The notes beneath the pieces are model-generated. The model was not told the DNA's origin. It did no database searches and was given only the letters and a program-made list of their open reading frames with translations. Shown here piece by piece: positions 25,952 to 34,593 of a DNA stretch of 40,827 bases; within the stretch, counting starts at the first letter, position 1, and the number at the start of each line of letters is the position of its first letter. Position numbers and translations under genes: made by a program. Origin of the DNA: a virus (lineage: Duplodnaviria; Caudoviricetes); IMG/VR virus record IMGVR_UViG_3300032335_000453, positions 1 to 40,827 of that record; one strand, given 5' to 3'.

Positions 25952-26245
25952 ATGAAAACACGTAGAGACTATATTGATGGAAAAGTTACCTTTTCCGAGT
26001 ATTACGCACAATTCATCACGCCCGAACTTGTCAAAGCGGTCACGGACAAAATCGGGATTGATAAAGTGAAGGGTTCAAAAGATCCACACTTGAACGACAT
26101 CCCTTTAAATAAATGGGATAATCTATTCCAAGATTACAACTTGAAAAAGGGAATTGCCCTAAAAATGCAGGAATCGGGTGATTATCTCTCTATGGCGGGA
26201 GCCGTTTGCACCGCGAAGGAATGCGCCCGACTCCTTGCCGCTTAA
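25952..26245 (+). CDS. early hypothetical protein
   Basis: AAAGGAG RBS; TRRDYID...EYYAQF...DPHLNDIPLNKWD. Confidence 0.7.
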   Translation: MKTRRDYIDGKVTFSEYYAQFITPELVKAVTDKIGIDKVKGSKDPHLNDIPLNKWDNLFQDYNLKKGIALKMQESGDYLSMAGAVCTAKECARLLAA

Positions 26246-26264
26246 TCTTTACAAAATCCCTACC

Positions 26265-26474
26265 ATGTATCACTACAACAACCAAAAAGAAGTGCGAGCC
26301 GCATTCTGGGAAACTTTCCCAGACCTAGAAGAGAAGGCCCGCAGGAATCGCACCTTTTCCAAGGGTCAGAACGCCCAAACCGCAGATTGCAAAATGACCT
26401 TTTGTGACTGGGTGGAAAGCCTGTCCCGAAACGTGCAAATCAGTGAAAAACTCGCCCAAAATGTCACCCTCTAA
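26265..26474 (+). CDS. early hypothetical protein
   Basis: ATG 26265; QKEVRAAFWE...FCDWVESLSR...ISEKLAQNVTL. Confidence 0.6.
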   Translation: MYHYNNQKEVRAAFWETFPDLEEKARRNRTFSKGQNAQTADCKMTFCDWVESLSRNVQISEKLAQNVTL

Positions 26475-26478
26475 TCCT

Positions 26479-26616
26479 ATGAACCACGAAAAATCCCCAG
26501 CCCTTCTAGCCTACCAGCGCGAAAAGCAGATCAGGAACCTTGTGACGCTTTGCGCCGTGTTCCTTGCCATTCTCGCGGCCCTTGTCGCCCGTCTCGCCTA
26601 CCTTGCCAACAACTGA
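26479..26616 (+). CDS. small single-TM protein
   Basis: MNHEK...LVTLCAVFLAILAALVARLAYL. Confidence 0.5.
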   Translation: MNHEKSPALLAYQREKQIRNLVTLCAVFLAILAALVARLAYLANN

Positions 26617-26635
26617 CACCCAACACCCAGAAAAA

Positions 26636-26839
26636 ATGAACACAGAAAAAGCAACCGAACGCGCTACAATGACAAACGCCGAACAAATTGAACGCCTCGC
26701 GCATGAACTAGAGCAGGATGCCGCTTTCTATTTCAAAAACTCCGAAGACATAGCGGACCCCCTCGCCATGATCGAAGCATTGCGGACCGCGTTGGAAATA
26801 ATCCACAAAGCCGAAAAGTGGACCAAAATCACAAACTAA
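26636..26839 (+). CDS. early hypothetical protein
   Basis: ATG after an A/C-rich leader; helical sequence. Confidence 0.5.
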   Translation: MNTEKATERATMTNAEQIERLAHELEQDAAFYFKNSEDIADPLAMIEALRTALEIIHKAEKWTKITN

Positions 26840-26851
26840 ACCACGCACACC

Positions 26852-27037
26852 ATGACCACGCAAACCACACCAGAAACGCCCGTAAACGCCCCACAATCAC
26901 TTCCGATCATCCCGACAGGTGAGCATTGGCAAGTGATACCGCCGCCGCCTCTAAGCCTAGAGGAACGCTTGCAACGCATCATCAGCTTGTGCGAGCAGTC
27001 CGAGAAGCTTGCCAGAGAAATCGCCGCGTCACTTTAA
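26852..27037 (+). CDS. early hypothetical protein
   Basis: AACCAC leader; in tandem with neighbours. Confidence 0.5.
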   Translation: MTTQTTPETPVNAPQSLPIIPTGEHWQVIPPPPLSLEERLQRIISLCEQSEKLAREIAASL

Positions 27038-27162
27038 CCCCCGCCGACCATGAGCAAAGCACAGCAACTCACCCTGCACCTTGTTTGCATGATCCGAAAC
27101 CCGAAGGCATGGCGATTCTATGCCCAAGGAATAGGCCGAGCTTTAACCCTTAACCCAAACGC

Positions 27163-27309
27163 ATGAAACCCGATACAATAACAATAGTAGAAGAAGAAAT
27201 GACGGATGAACAGTGGCAAGAATATTGCCAAAAGATCGTTGAAGATAATTGCCGCAAGATAAAGGAACAACACGCTAACCGCAACTCAACCGCACCTTGG
27301 GAAAAATGA
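27163..27309 (+). CDS. small hypothetical protein (48 aa, not in ORF track)
   Basis: MKPDTITIVEEEMTDEQWQEY...; ATGA coupling on both sides. Confidence 0.45.
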   Translation: MKPDTITIVEEEMTDEQWQEYCQKIVEDNCRKIKEQHANRNSTAPWEK

Positions 27310-27521
27310 ACGATAAACAAACAATCTTTGACCCGTCAAACCCTTGGGAAGATCAACTTGTATGCATTTCTTTAGAAAGATGCCTTAAGGATAGAAAAAC
27401 ATGGATTGAAATCCACAAAAAACAAATTGCAGAAGGAATGGACAAGCAATTTGACCTTGAAGATGAACTAGAAATATTTAACGCATTAACACTTGTCCTT
27501 TACCATTACAAAGGAAGATAA
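27306..27521 (+). CDS. hypothetical protein
   Basis: ATG 27306 coupled to the upstream stop. Confidence 0.5.
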   Translation: MNDKQTIFDPSNPWEDQLVCISLERCLKDRKTWIEIHKKQIAEGMDKQFDLEDELEIFNALTLVLYHYKGR

Positions 27522-27525
27522 ATAA

Positions 27526-27777
27526 ATGAAACCAGATAGCACCACCCTGCAAGAAACCGCCGCATTATTGGCGAACATCGAGCCGCTTCTATCCACCGAG
27601 ATACGAACCGCCGAGCATCACGGATTAGACCAGATCAGGATCAGTGTCCCACGTGCCAGAGAGATTCACCGCATGGTAATCATTCTTGAAAAAAGGCTTA
27701 AAAACATCCTTGCAACAACCGCCGCCGCCGACAATGCTACCGACCGACGATTAAACGCAATCTTTGACCTTAACTGA
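27526..27777 (+). CDS. hypothetical protein
   Basis: 83-aa ORF tightly packed in the early operon. Confidence 0.55.
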   Translation: MKPDSTTLQETAALLANIEPLLSTEIRTAEHHGLDQIRISVPRAREIHRMVIILEKRLKNILATTAAADNATDRRLNAIFDLN

Positions 27778-27784
27778 AGCAACA

Positions 27785-27928
27785 ATGAACGAAGAACAAA
27801 ACAAACGACTGGACGAAATCGCCGATCAAATCCGAATTCTTGCTTTGGAGGTACAACTTCTTTGCGAAAGAATGGATGCCGCCGAGAAACAAGAACAACA
27901 ATACAAGAAAGCAATAGAATCCCTATGA
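27785..27928 (+). CDS. small coiled-coil protein (47 aa, not in ORF track)
   Basis: MNEEQNKRLDEIADQIRILALEVQLL...; ATGA coupling to the next gene. Confidence 0.5.
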   Translation: MNEEQNKRLDEIADQIRILALEVQLLCERMDAAEKQEQQYKKAIESL

Positions 27929-28125
27929 AATACGATTACACTTGCCATAACGAGGAATGCGAAAGCGATTTCGAGGTGGATTTCACCCCCGCAACACCAG
28001 ACCGATTCATGAATGGACGCTTTGAAGATGCCGAACAGGGAAGTTCTGCCGAAGTATATCCCCGTGAATGCCCTGATTGCGGTAAAGAAGTTGACATTGA
28101 AGAAGTAGAAGAGGCTTGCAACTAA
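27925..28125 (+). CDS. zinc-ribbon protein
   Basis: MKYDYTCHNEEC...ECPDCGKE. Confidence 0.6.
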   Translation: MKYDYTCHNEECESDFEVDFTPATPDRFMNGRFEDAEQGSSAEVYPRECPDCGKEVDIEEVEEACN

Positions 28126-28316
28126 TAACAACATGAACCCATTTACCCGCCCCTGCATCCCCTATATCTGGATCATGCTTGACAACCTAAAGAGAAAAGG
28201 ACTCATCGGGAATCCCCGATTCAAAAAAAGCATTTACCCCGTAAAAAAACCCTAAAATACCCTTGCAAATGATAAACGCTCGTGCAAGAATCCAAGCTCA
28301 TCTTAACCACTGGAAC

Positions 28317-28505
28317 ATGACAACCACCGAAACAACCGCCGCCGACCCTGTAACTGAAACGCAAAAAGATAAACATTCTTTCTTGGGTTTGTATATTGAT
28401 ACACAACTCAAAAACAAGATTGCAGAAAAGGCAAAAGAAGAAGATCGCTCAATGAGTAAGTTCGCTTCACGGGTTTTCATAAACTATTTTGAGAATCAAC
28501 AATGA
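28317..28505 (+). CDS. ribbon-helix-helix (Arc/CopG-like) regulator
   Basis: FLGLYIDTQLKNKIAEKAKEEDRSMSKFASRVF. Confidence 0.7.
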   Translation: MTTTETTAADPVTETQKDKHSFLGLYIDTQLKNKIAEKAKEEDRSMSKFASRVFINYFENQQ

Positions 28506-29152
28506 TTCAAAATCCTGAAAGATTGAAGATTGGAACTCGTCGCGACGACGGGATGATTCTTGCTGGCTATCAAGGCAAGAATAAAAAAGAATGGTGGACT
28601 ACTCCCGAAAAGTTTCTTCAGCTACAGGAAAAAAGAAAGCAATACAGGAAATCTTTCAAAGAAAAAAATCCTTTGTATTTTTTGGAATGGCAAAAACAGA
28701 ACAAAGAGAAGTGTTCTGAATACGGAAAAAAATGGTATTTTGCAAATCCTGAAAAGGTTAAAGCAAAAAAAGAAAGATATAAAAACGAAAAGCCGAATTA
28801 TGGGAAGGAATATCAATACAAAAGACGCAATTCTGATTCTTTGTATAGAATATCCTCTAACATAAGAAGCATGATTTCTAATTGCTTGAAAGAAAAAGGA
28901 TTTAAGAAAAGACCAAGAACACAAACAATTCTTGGATGCACATTTAAGGATTTTCACAATCACATAGAAAACCAATTCAAAGAAGGAATGACATGGCAAA
29001 ATCGTAATCTCTGGCATCTTGACCACATCATTCCATTGGCATCTGCTAAATCTGAAAAAGAACTTATCAATTTGAATCACTACACCAACTTTCAGCCCCT
29101 ATGGGCTTTGGAAAACATGAAAAAAAGCAACAAACTTCAATACGCCGCATGA
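28502..29152 (+). CDS. HNH homing endonuclease
   Basis: ILGCTF...QFKEGMTWQN...WHLDHIIPLAS...HYTNFQPLWALENMKKSNK. Confidence 0.88.
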   Translation: MIQNPERLKIGTRRDDGMILAGYQGKNKKEWWTTPEKFLQLQEKRKQYRKSFKEKNPLYFLEWQKQNKEKCSEYGKKWYFANPEKVKAKKERYKNEKPNYGKEYQYKRRNSDSLYRISSNIRSMISNCLKEKGFKKRPRTQTILGCTFKDFHNHIENQFKEGMTWQNRNLWHLDHIIPLASAKSEKELINLNHYTNFQPLWALENMKKSNKLQYAA

Positions 29153-29216
29153 GTCCACGATTCTACGCAAGCGCAATTTTGATTTCAATTCTTGTAACCC
29201 TAGCCATAATCTTTCG

Positions 29217-29363
29217 ATGAAAGAAGGACTCTACTATAATATCAACCAGAAGAGAAAGCGCATCGCCGCAGGATCAGGGGAGAAGATGCGAAAGGTAGGA
29301 TCTAAAGGCGCACCCACCGCCAAGGCTTTCCGTGACTCCAAGAAAACCGCGAAGAAGAAATAA
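29217..29363 (+). CDS. small highly basic protein (48 aa, not in ORF track)
   Basis: MKEGLYYNINQKRKRIAAGSGEKMRKVGSKGAPTAKAFRDSKKTAKKK, a type recurrent in aquatic phages. Confidence 0.7.
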   Translation: MKEGLYYNINQKRKRIAAGSGEKMRKVGSKGAPTAKAFRDSKKTAKKK

Positions 29364-29365
29364 CT

Positions 29366-29632
29366 ATGGCTAAATCACCAGCATGGCAGAGGAAGGAAGG
29401 AAAATCCGAGAAGGGAGGCTTAAACGCCAAGGGCCGAGCATCCTACAACAAAGCTACAGGAGGCAATCTAAAGCCCCCTGCTCCTAATCCTAAAACTAAA
29501 GCAGATGCAGGACGCAAGGCTTCCTTTTGCGCTAGGATGAAAGGCTTAAAATCCAAACTGACAAGTGAGAAAACAAAGCGTGACCCCAACAGCAGGGTGA
29601 ACAAAAGTTTGAGAGCTTGGAAGTGCAACTAA
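29366..29632 (+). CDS. basic phage protein (DUF6321-like)
   Basis: AWQRKEGK...GGLNAKGRASY...RKASFCARM...SLRAWKC. Confidence 0.75.
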   Translation: MAKSPAWQRKEGKSEKGGLNAKGRASYNKATGGNLKPPAPNPKTKADAGRKASFCARMKGLKSKLTSEKTKRDPNSRVNKSLRAWKCN

Positions 29633-29700
29633 GATGAAAACACATATTTCTTGCAGTAATTCAGCTACAAGAGAACCAAACCCAATAACAACCACGAAAC

Positions 29701-29829
29701 ATGACCATCGCTCAATTAAACAAACTAGCCCAAGAGATCGCAAACCTTCTTGGAGACCTCGACGAAGCCGCCCTCATCAAAGTCCTTGACTTTGTGAAAG
29801 CCGCCGCCGAGCCAGCCGCCGCTGAGTAA
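29701..29829 (+). CDS. small helical protein (42 aa, not in ORF track)
   Basis: MTIAQLNKLAQEIANLLGDLDEAALIKVLDFV...; AACCAC leader. Confidence 0.5.
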   Translation: MTIAQLNKLAQEIANLLGDLDEAALIKVLDFVKAAAEPAAAE

Positions 29830-29999
29830 TGCTTCCTGAGATCATTAACCAGATCCGAAGCAATATGCAGACCAACAAGAACCACACAATGGTTGACACT
29901 CGCAAGATGTCACCCGTCAAAAAGGCCAAAATGAAGAAGGAACTCACAACTCCTGAAACTAAAGGCCGAAAGCCCCGAACAAAAACCAAACGAGGCTAA
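29829..29999 (+). CDS. small basic protein (56 aa, not in ORF track)
   Basis: MLPEIINQIRSN...KGRKPRTKTKRG; TAATG coupling. Confidence 0.45.
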   Translation: MLPEIINQIRSNMQTNKNHTMVDTRKMSPVKKAKMKKELTTPETKGRKPRTKTKRG

Positions 30000-30006
30000 A
30001 AAAGAA

Positions 30007-30041
30007 CTGGCTAGGGAGCCATGAACTAACTCCCTAGCCAG
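30007..30041. terminator. perfect 12-bp stem-loop
   Basis: CTGGCTAGGGAG-N11-CTCCCTAGCCAG ahead of the recombinase gene. Confidence 0.55.
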
Positions 30042-30075
30042 CATTAGCAGTCAAGCAACCACGCAGGAACCGCAC

Positions 30076-30882
30076 ATGAACAATACAAATACATTAGCAA
30101 TTAGTCAACCATCCATGACTGATATGCAAAGCATGGCATTAGCCATTGCAAAGTCAGGCTTGTTTGGGATGAAAAGCCCCGAACAAGCACTCGCATTAGG
30201 ACTCCTAGCCGTATCAGAGAACAAGCCATTTGCCAGCATTTGCGCTGAATATGACGTGATACAAGGCCGACCCGCTTTGAAGAGTCAGGCTTGTTTGGCA
30301 AGGTTCCAGCAAGCAGGGGGAACGATCCAATGGATCAAGCGCACCGACAAGGAATGTGTCCTTGAGGGGAAGCACCCAGCAGGGGGAACTCTCCAAGTGA
30401 CTTGGACAATGGACAGGGCAAACGCCGCAGGATTAACTGGCAAGCAGAACTGGAAAACCTATCCTTGCGCTATGCTGTCGGCCCGTTGTGTCGCTGAAAT
30501 GGTGCGCGCCCTGTATCCCGCTTGCTTGAATGGGGTGTATCTTGCCGAGGAAGTGCAGGATTTTGATGCCAAGCCATTGCGTATTGAAAGGCCCGTAATC
30601 ACCGCCGCACCCGAATCGGATGTCATCACCGCCGATGTAGTAGAAAGCGAACCAGAGGAGGCTTTAGAGGCTCCCAAGGAGCTTCCTAGTACGCCTCTCA
30701 CTATGCTCCAAAGCATGATGTGGAGTGATGAGATCCCTGATGCTCATGTCATTCACTTCTTGATTGCCAAGAAAGTTCCCAAAGTCACCAAGACAACACT
30801 TCTTTCATCGGTTGATGAGAAGGTAATTGAACGCTGCATTGCCAAGTGGGATGACGTAAAGAGCTTTAAGCCAATCCTGTAA
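30076..30882 (+). CDS. RecT/Redbeta-like single-strand annealing recombinase
   Basis: AKSGLFG...VIQGRPALKS...WTMDRANAAGLTGKQNWKTYPCAMLSARC...GVYLAEE. Confidence 0.8.
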   Translation: MNNTNTLAISQPSMTDMQSMALAIAKSGLFGMKSPEQALALGLLAVSENKPFASICAEYDVIQGRPALKSQACLARFQQAGGTIQWIKRTDKECVLEGKHPAGGTLQVTWTMDRANAAGLTGKQNWKTYPCAMLSARCVAEMVRALYPACLNGVYLAEEVQDFDAKPLRIERPVITAAPESDVITADVVESEPEEALEAPKELPSTPLTMLQSMMWSDEIPDAHVIHFLIAKKVPKVTKTTLLSSVDEKVIERCIAKWDDVKSFKPIL

Positions 30883-30932
30883 TATGATTACCCAAAAAGA
30901 ATTTGATAATTTTTGCATGGAGCCACCACCCA

Positions 30933-31460
30933 ATGACTGAAGAAGTAATGGAGAAGTCCATGACAAGGAGGCCAGAAGTTGGGCTAAACGATGAATGCGT
31001 CGAAATAGCTAGTCGTGCTTTTAGACAGCATAAAATAGAAGATCCATTTTTTGTTCGCCATTGGGTTTTTGTAAATGCCGTTGCCGAGGCTTATCAGTTG
31101 GGAATCTCAAGGGAACAAAATCGTCAAGCCAAACTCAAGCCATTATCACCAAAAGCCGTATCCTCATTCTTATATCAAGCAACCAAAAAACATATACAGA
31201 GCTTTACGGAAGAAGATGTTAGAAAAAACGGAATAAATATCATTACTCCACCCGAAATAAAAATTGATAAATCTATTGCAATTACAGACAACAGAAAAAA
31301 CAAAAAATGTAAATATCCTTGGAGTGAAATGAGTATCGGGGATTCATTCTTTACTGAGAGCAATGTAAGAATGCTTGCCTACATTACTGGTAGAAAGACA
31401 AACAAGAAATACTCAGTTCGCAAAGAAAATAACGGATACAGGGCGTGGAGAACTGCATAA
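30933..31460 (+). CDS. hypothetical protein with C-terminal putative DNA-binding domain
   Basis: C-terminal KYPWSEMSIGDSFF...GYRAWR module; start uncertain. Confidence 0.5.
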   Translation: MTEEVMEKSMTRRPEVGLNDECVEIASRAFRQHKIEDPFFVRHWVFVNAVAEAYQLGISREQNRQAKLKPLSPKAVSSFLYQATKKHIQSFTEEDVRKNGINIITPPEIKIDKSIAITDNRKNKKCKYPWSEMSIGDSFFTESNVRMLAYITGRKTNKKYSVRKENNGYRAWRTA

Positions 31461-31482
31461 TAAATCACCCAAAAATAATTAA

Positions 31483-32547
31483 ATGAATAACGACGAACGC
31501 AACGGCAAGCCATCAGCAAGCGGCATGAGCCGCTTAACCGATTGTCCTGGATCATGGAACCTAGAGTCCACGCTGCCAGAACAGGAGCCTAACCAATATA
31601 TGCAGTTAGGTACGGATGTTCACGCCGTCCTAGCTGGAACCAAGGAGTTCGATGAGCTAACTGAAAATGGACAAGAGATCGCAACACGATGCCTATCCGA
31701 CTTCTCGACTCTCATTGCCCAACTTGACCTTGGGGAACACACCGCCGAAGTCTTAGAACAACGGTTCTGGTACAATGATGCCTACTCAGGAGCGATTGAT
31801 CGCATTGATTTCTTTAGTGATGAAGTGGCAGTTGTTACTGATTACAAGACAGGCAGAACAGCGCAAGGCAGGGCTAGTGATAACCAGCAGTTGAAGGCTT
31901 ATGCAGTCTTAGTAAAGCACCACTATCCACAGCTAAAAACCATCTATGTTGCCATTATTCAGCCCCTTGCAGGAGGCACAACCATTGCCGAATACAATGA
32001 GCAGGAATTAGAATCCGCTACAACTGAGATTCTTTCCATTTTATCGGCATCACTAGACCCCAACGCACCAAGAACACCATCTCCCGATGCCTGTAAATGG
32101 TGCAGGGCAAAGTCTATCTGTCCAGAAGTTCAAGCCACGCACAAGGAGCTAGAAGTTATTTCTGGTGCAGTTGTCAATAGACTGACCAATGACGAACTGG
32201 TAGCCTTTGATAATAAGGCCGAAGTAGTTGAAGCCTTCATTGATGAGATCCGAAAGGAGATCAAATCACGCCTCATGGCAGGACAGCAAATTGCTGGACG
32301 CAAGCTAGGCAAGGGCCGTATAACAAGGAGTGTTTCATCCGACTCAGCCTCCGTTGTATCTGCGCTTTCTGGTATTCTTTCATCTGATGCTATCATGGCT
32401 TGTGCAAAAATTAGCGTCACGAGCTTGGAAAAAGCAGTTGCTAAAGCAAAGGGAATTACAGGAAAGGATGCTAAAGCAACACTTGATTCCGCTCTTGGAT
32501 GGCTCATTGAAACAAAGGAAGGCGAACCCGCCGTCATTCGTGAATAA
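31483..32547 (+). CDS. PD-(D/E)XK exonuclease (DUF2800/Cas4-like)
   Basis: SASGMSRLTDCPGS, LGTDVH, GAIDRID, TDYKTG, QLKAYA and CKWCRAKSICP. Confidence 0.85.
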   Translation: MNNDERNGKPSASGMSRLTDCPGSWNLESTLPEQEPNQYMQLGTDVHAVLAGTKEFDELTENGQEIATRCLSDFSTLIAQLDLGEHTAEVLEQRFWYNDAYSGAIDRIDFFSDEVAVVTDYKTGRTAQGRASDNQQLKAYAVLVKHHYPQLKTIYVAIIQPLAGGTTIAEYNEQELESATTEILSILSASLDPNAPRTPSPDACKWCRAKSICPEVQATHKELEVISGAVVNRLTNDELVAFDNKAEVVEAFIDEIRKEIKSRLMAGQQIAGRKLGKGRITRSVSSDSASVVSALSGILSSDAIMACAKISVTSLEKAVAKAKGITGKDAKATLDSALGWLIETKEGEPAVIRE

Positions 32548-32764
32548 TGAACCAAATCCAGATGCCCATGCCTTATGGATTAAATATGCAGGGAGGGAAT
32601 GGATCATCATGCATCACACGGGACATTTCCAAGCTATTCCAGCAGATAGTAGAAAGGTAAAACAACAAGATATAAGAAGACTTTTCCGTTACCTCGTAAA
32701 TGAAGGCTTCATCAACGAGGGCGGAAACCCACCACAAACAAACCAACAACCAGTAAACGTATGA
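32540..32764 (+). CDS. hypothetical protein
   Basis: GTG 32540 overlaps the nuclease stop; LFRYLVNEGFI. Confidence 0.5.
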   Translation: MNNEPNPDAHALWIKYAGREWIIMHHTGHFQAIPADSRKVKQQDIRRLFRYLVNEGFINEGGNPPQTNQQPVNV

Positions 32765-33096
32765 TCACCGCAAAGCTAGATGTAACTAAGATTGATAAAC
32801 AGGAACTCTATACTGGACAGAAGGGAACCTACCTAGACATCGTTATGTATCCCAATACTGACGATACAGGGGCAGAAGTTCCAGATCAGTATGGAAATGA
32901 TGGAGTAATTAAGCAGGGGCTTTCCAAGGCTTCCCGCGAAGCCAAGAAGAAGCAACCCATTCTTGGTAACTACAAGATTAAGGATCAGAACTCCTTTGCC
33001 GCAAATGTAAAGCCAGCAAAGGCATTCCAGAACCGCCCCAAGCCACAGGCTCTGACATGGGATACGGGCAATGACAGCGACGAGATCCCTTTCTAA
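32761..33096 (+). CDS. single-stranded DNA-binding protein-like
   Basis: LDVTKIDK...GQKGTYLD...DQYGNDG...PILGN with acidic tail DSDEIPF; next to recombinase and nuclease. Confidence 0.75.
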   Translation: MITAKLDVTKIDKQELYTGQKGTYLDIVMYPNTDDTGAEVPDQYGNDGVIKQGLSKASREAKKKQPILGNYKIKDQNSFAANVKPAKAFQNRPKPQALTWDTGNDSDEIPF

Positions 33097-33129
33097 AATA
33101 AAGCAACCACAAGCAACCACGCTAAACTC

Positions 33130-33366
33130 ATGTTACCATATTGCTCATGTATTGAGATCAAGGATTCCAACGGAAAGGAATATCTCAATGTCCCTGAATG
33201 GCATAATTGCCATTACATTAATGCTCGGAATAATCTCATTCCTATTGCTGAACAATACGCTGAAGAAAATGCAAAGAACGAATCAGGAATTGTATGTTCC
33301 TACAAGTTCACTCATATCTTCAGTTCCAAGATGGATGAACTAGCCAAAGAATACGGACTTGTATGA
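33130..33366 (+). CDS. hypothetical protein
   Basis: Preceded by tandem AAGCAACCAC x2. Confidence 0.55.
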   Translation: MLPYCSCIEIKDSNGKEYLNVPEWHNCHYINARNNLIPIAEQYAEENAKNESGIVCSYKFTHIFSSKMDELAKEYGLV

Positions 33367-33566
33367 GTTATTCAAAAGAAGCCGAATCCTATTGGAAGGG
33401 AGAACACGTTCGTTATTTGAACGAGGACAATAGCATACCCTCAGTTGAGGATAGAGTTAAAGCCGCATTCGATGCAGGGATGGCAAGGTCTAAAAGAACT
33501 TATTCCAACCTTGATTTGATCGCTTCAGAAAAATGCAACATCAACTTCCCGAACTGGAATGAGTGA
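33363..33566 (+). CDS. hypothetical protein
   Basis: ATGA-coupled. Confidence 0.5.
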   Translation: MSYSKEAESYWKGEHVRYLNEDNSIPSVEDRVKAAFDAGMARSKRTYSNLDLIASEKCNINFPNWNE

Positions 33567-33897
33567 CCAATTTGACTTTGATTTCTCTCCTGTAGAGAAC
33601 GAAATCTTTGATGACCTAGCTTCTAGGTTTGAAAGGTTTCATGCCAATAATCCCCATGTGTACAGGAACCTTGTACAACTCGCCCGTCAGTTCCGTAGCA
33701 AGCGACCTAATGCTGTGATAGGAATCCAGATGCTCTTTGAGGTATTGCGTTGGAATTACTGGATTAATGTAGAAAGCGATGAGCAGTTCAAGTTTCCCAA
33801 TGCTTTTGCGGCGGGATATTCGCGACTAATTATGAAGCAGGAGAAAGATTTGGAAGGCATCTTCAAGCTATGCAAGTCAACCTTTGACGAGGAGTAA
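33559..33897 (+). CDS. conserved phage hypothetical protein
   Basis: FERFHANNPHVY...LFEVLRW...FKFPN...YSRLIM. Confidence 0.65.
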   Translation: MSDQFDFDFSPVENEIFDDLASRFERFHANNPHVYRNLVQLARQFRSKRPNAVIGIQMLFEVLRWNYWINVESDEQFKFPNAFAAGYSRLIMKQEKDLEGIFKLCKSTFDEE

Positions 33898-33898
33898 T

Positions 33899-34255
33899 AT
33901 GATCCCAAATACCAACATTAAGGAAATTAACGAGTATATCAGCCAGCTACTTGACGCTTGCAGAGATTACCGCAAGGAACTCACCGACATCAACAACGAG
34001 GTCGCAAGGCTCAGGGAGCGGTTAGAAAAAGCCGAAGAACTAATCCGAGGTCTGCACGATGGCTGGAAGAAAGCACGAAAGGCTCACCTTGAAACTTGTA
34101 AAAATGCTCAAGCTGAAATCGACAAACTCCACACAGAAAACATCTGCCTCCAAGAACTCATCCAAGAGTTTTACGAGTGGACGAGGCGAGACTACCCAAC
34201 CGAAGCCGAAGTCCGCGAGATCATGGATCGCTACTACAACCTACTAAACAAATGA
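33899..34255 (+). CDS. coiled-coil modular protein
   Basis: Contains the NEVARLRE module; ATG 33899. Confidence 0.55.
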   Translation: MIPNTNIKEINEYISQLLDACRDYRKELTDINNEVARLRERLEKAEELIRGLHDGWKKARKAHLETCKNAQAEIDKLHTENICLQELIQEFYEWTRRDYPTEAEVREIMDRYYNLLNK

Positions 34256-34593
34256 ACCCACAAGAAATCAACCGACGAATCGCCATCGCTTGCGGGTGGG
34301 AGCACAAAGTCCAAGCCCCAACGCGAAACGGCAACCCGCTCCCTTGGCTTGCGGATTATTGGAGGCACCCGAGCCACCATTGGAAGTGGAACCGTCATTG
34401 CTTACCTAATTATTACGGTGACTTGAACGCGATACAATGCGCCGTCATAAGACTAACCCGCTCTGATTACATCGGATGGTGCTTAGAGTTAAGGGATATT
34501 GTTGGAAACGGTGATGATATGCTTACCGCCACCGCTGCGCAACGTGCCGAGGCTTTCCTCCGCACCATCGGACAATGGGAGGATGTCAAATGA
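34252..34593 (+). CDS. NinX/ABA-sandwich-like phage protein
   Basis: EINRRIAIACGW...LPNYYGDLNA...ATAAQRAEAFLRT. Confidence 0.6.
   Translation: MNPQEINRRIAIACGWEHKVQAPTRNGNPLPWLADYWRHPSHHWKWNRHCLPNYYGDLNAIQCAVIRLTRSDYIGWCLELRDIVGNGDDMLTATAAQRAEAFLRTIGQWEDVK

Noticed and set aside
28502-29152. Flanking duplication around the HNH at 28502 like those around the other two endonucleases
   Set aside because: Only ATGA start/stop overlaps on each side; no duplicated gene end visible
30885-30940. Short ORF MITQKEFDNFCMEPPPND as a frameshifted 5' end of 30933..31460
   Set aside because: Possible, but there is no slippery site or homology evidence to support it from sequence alone
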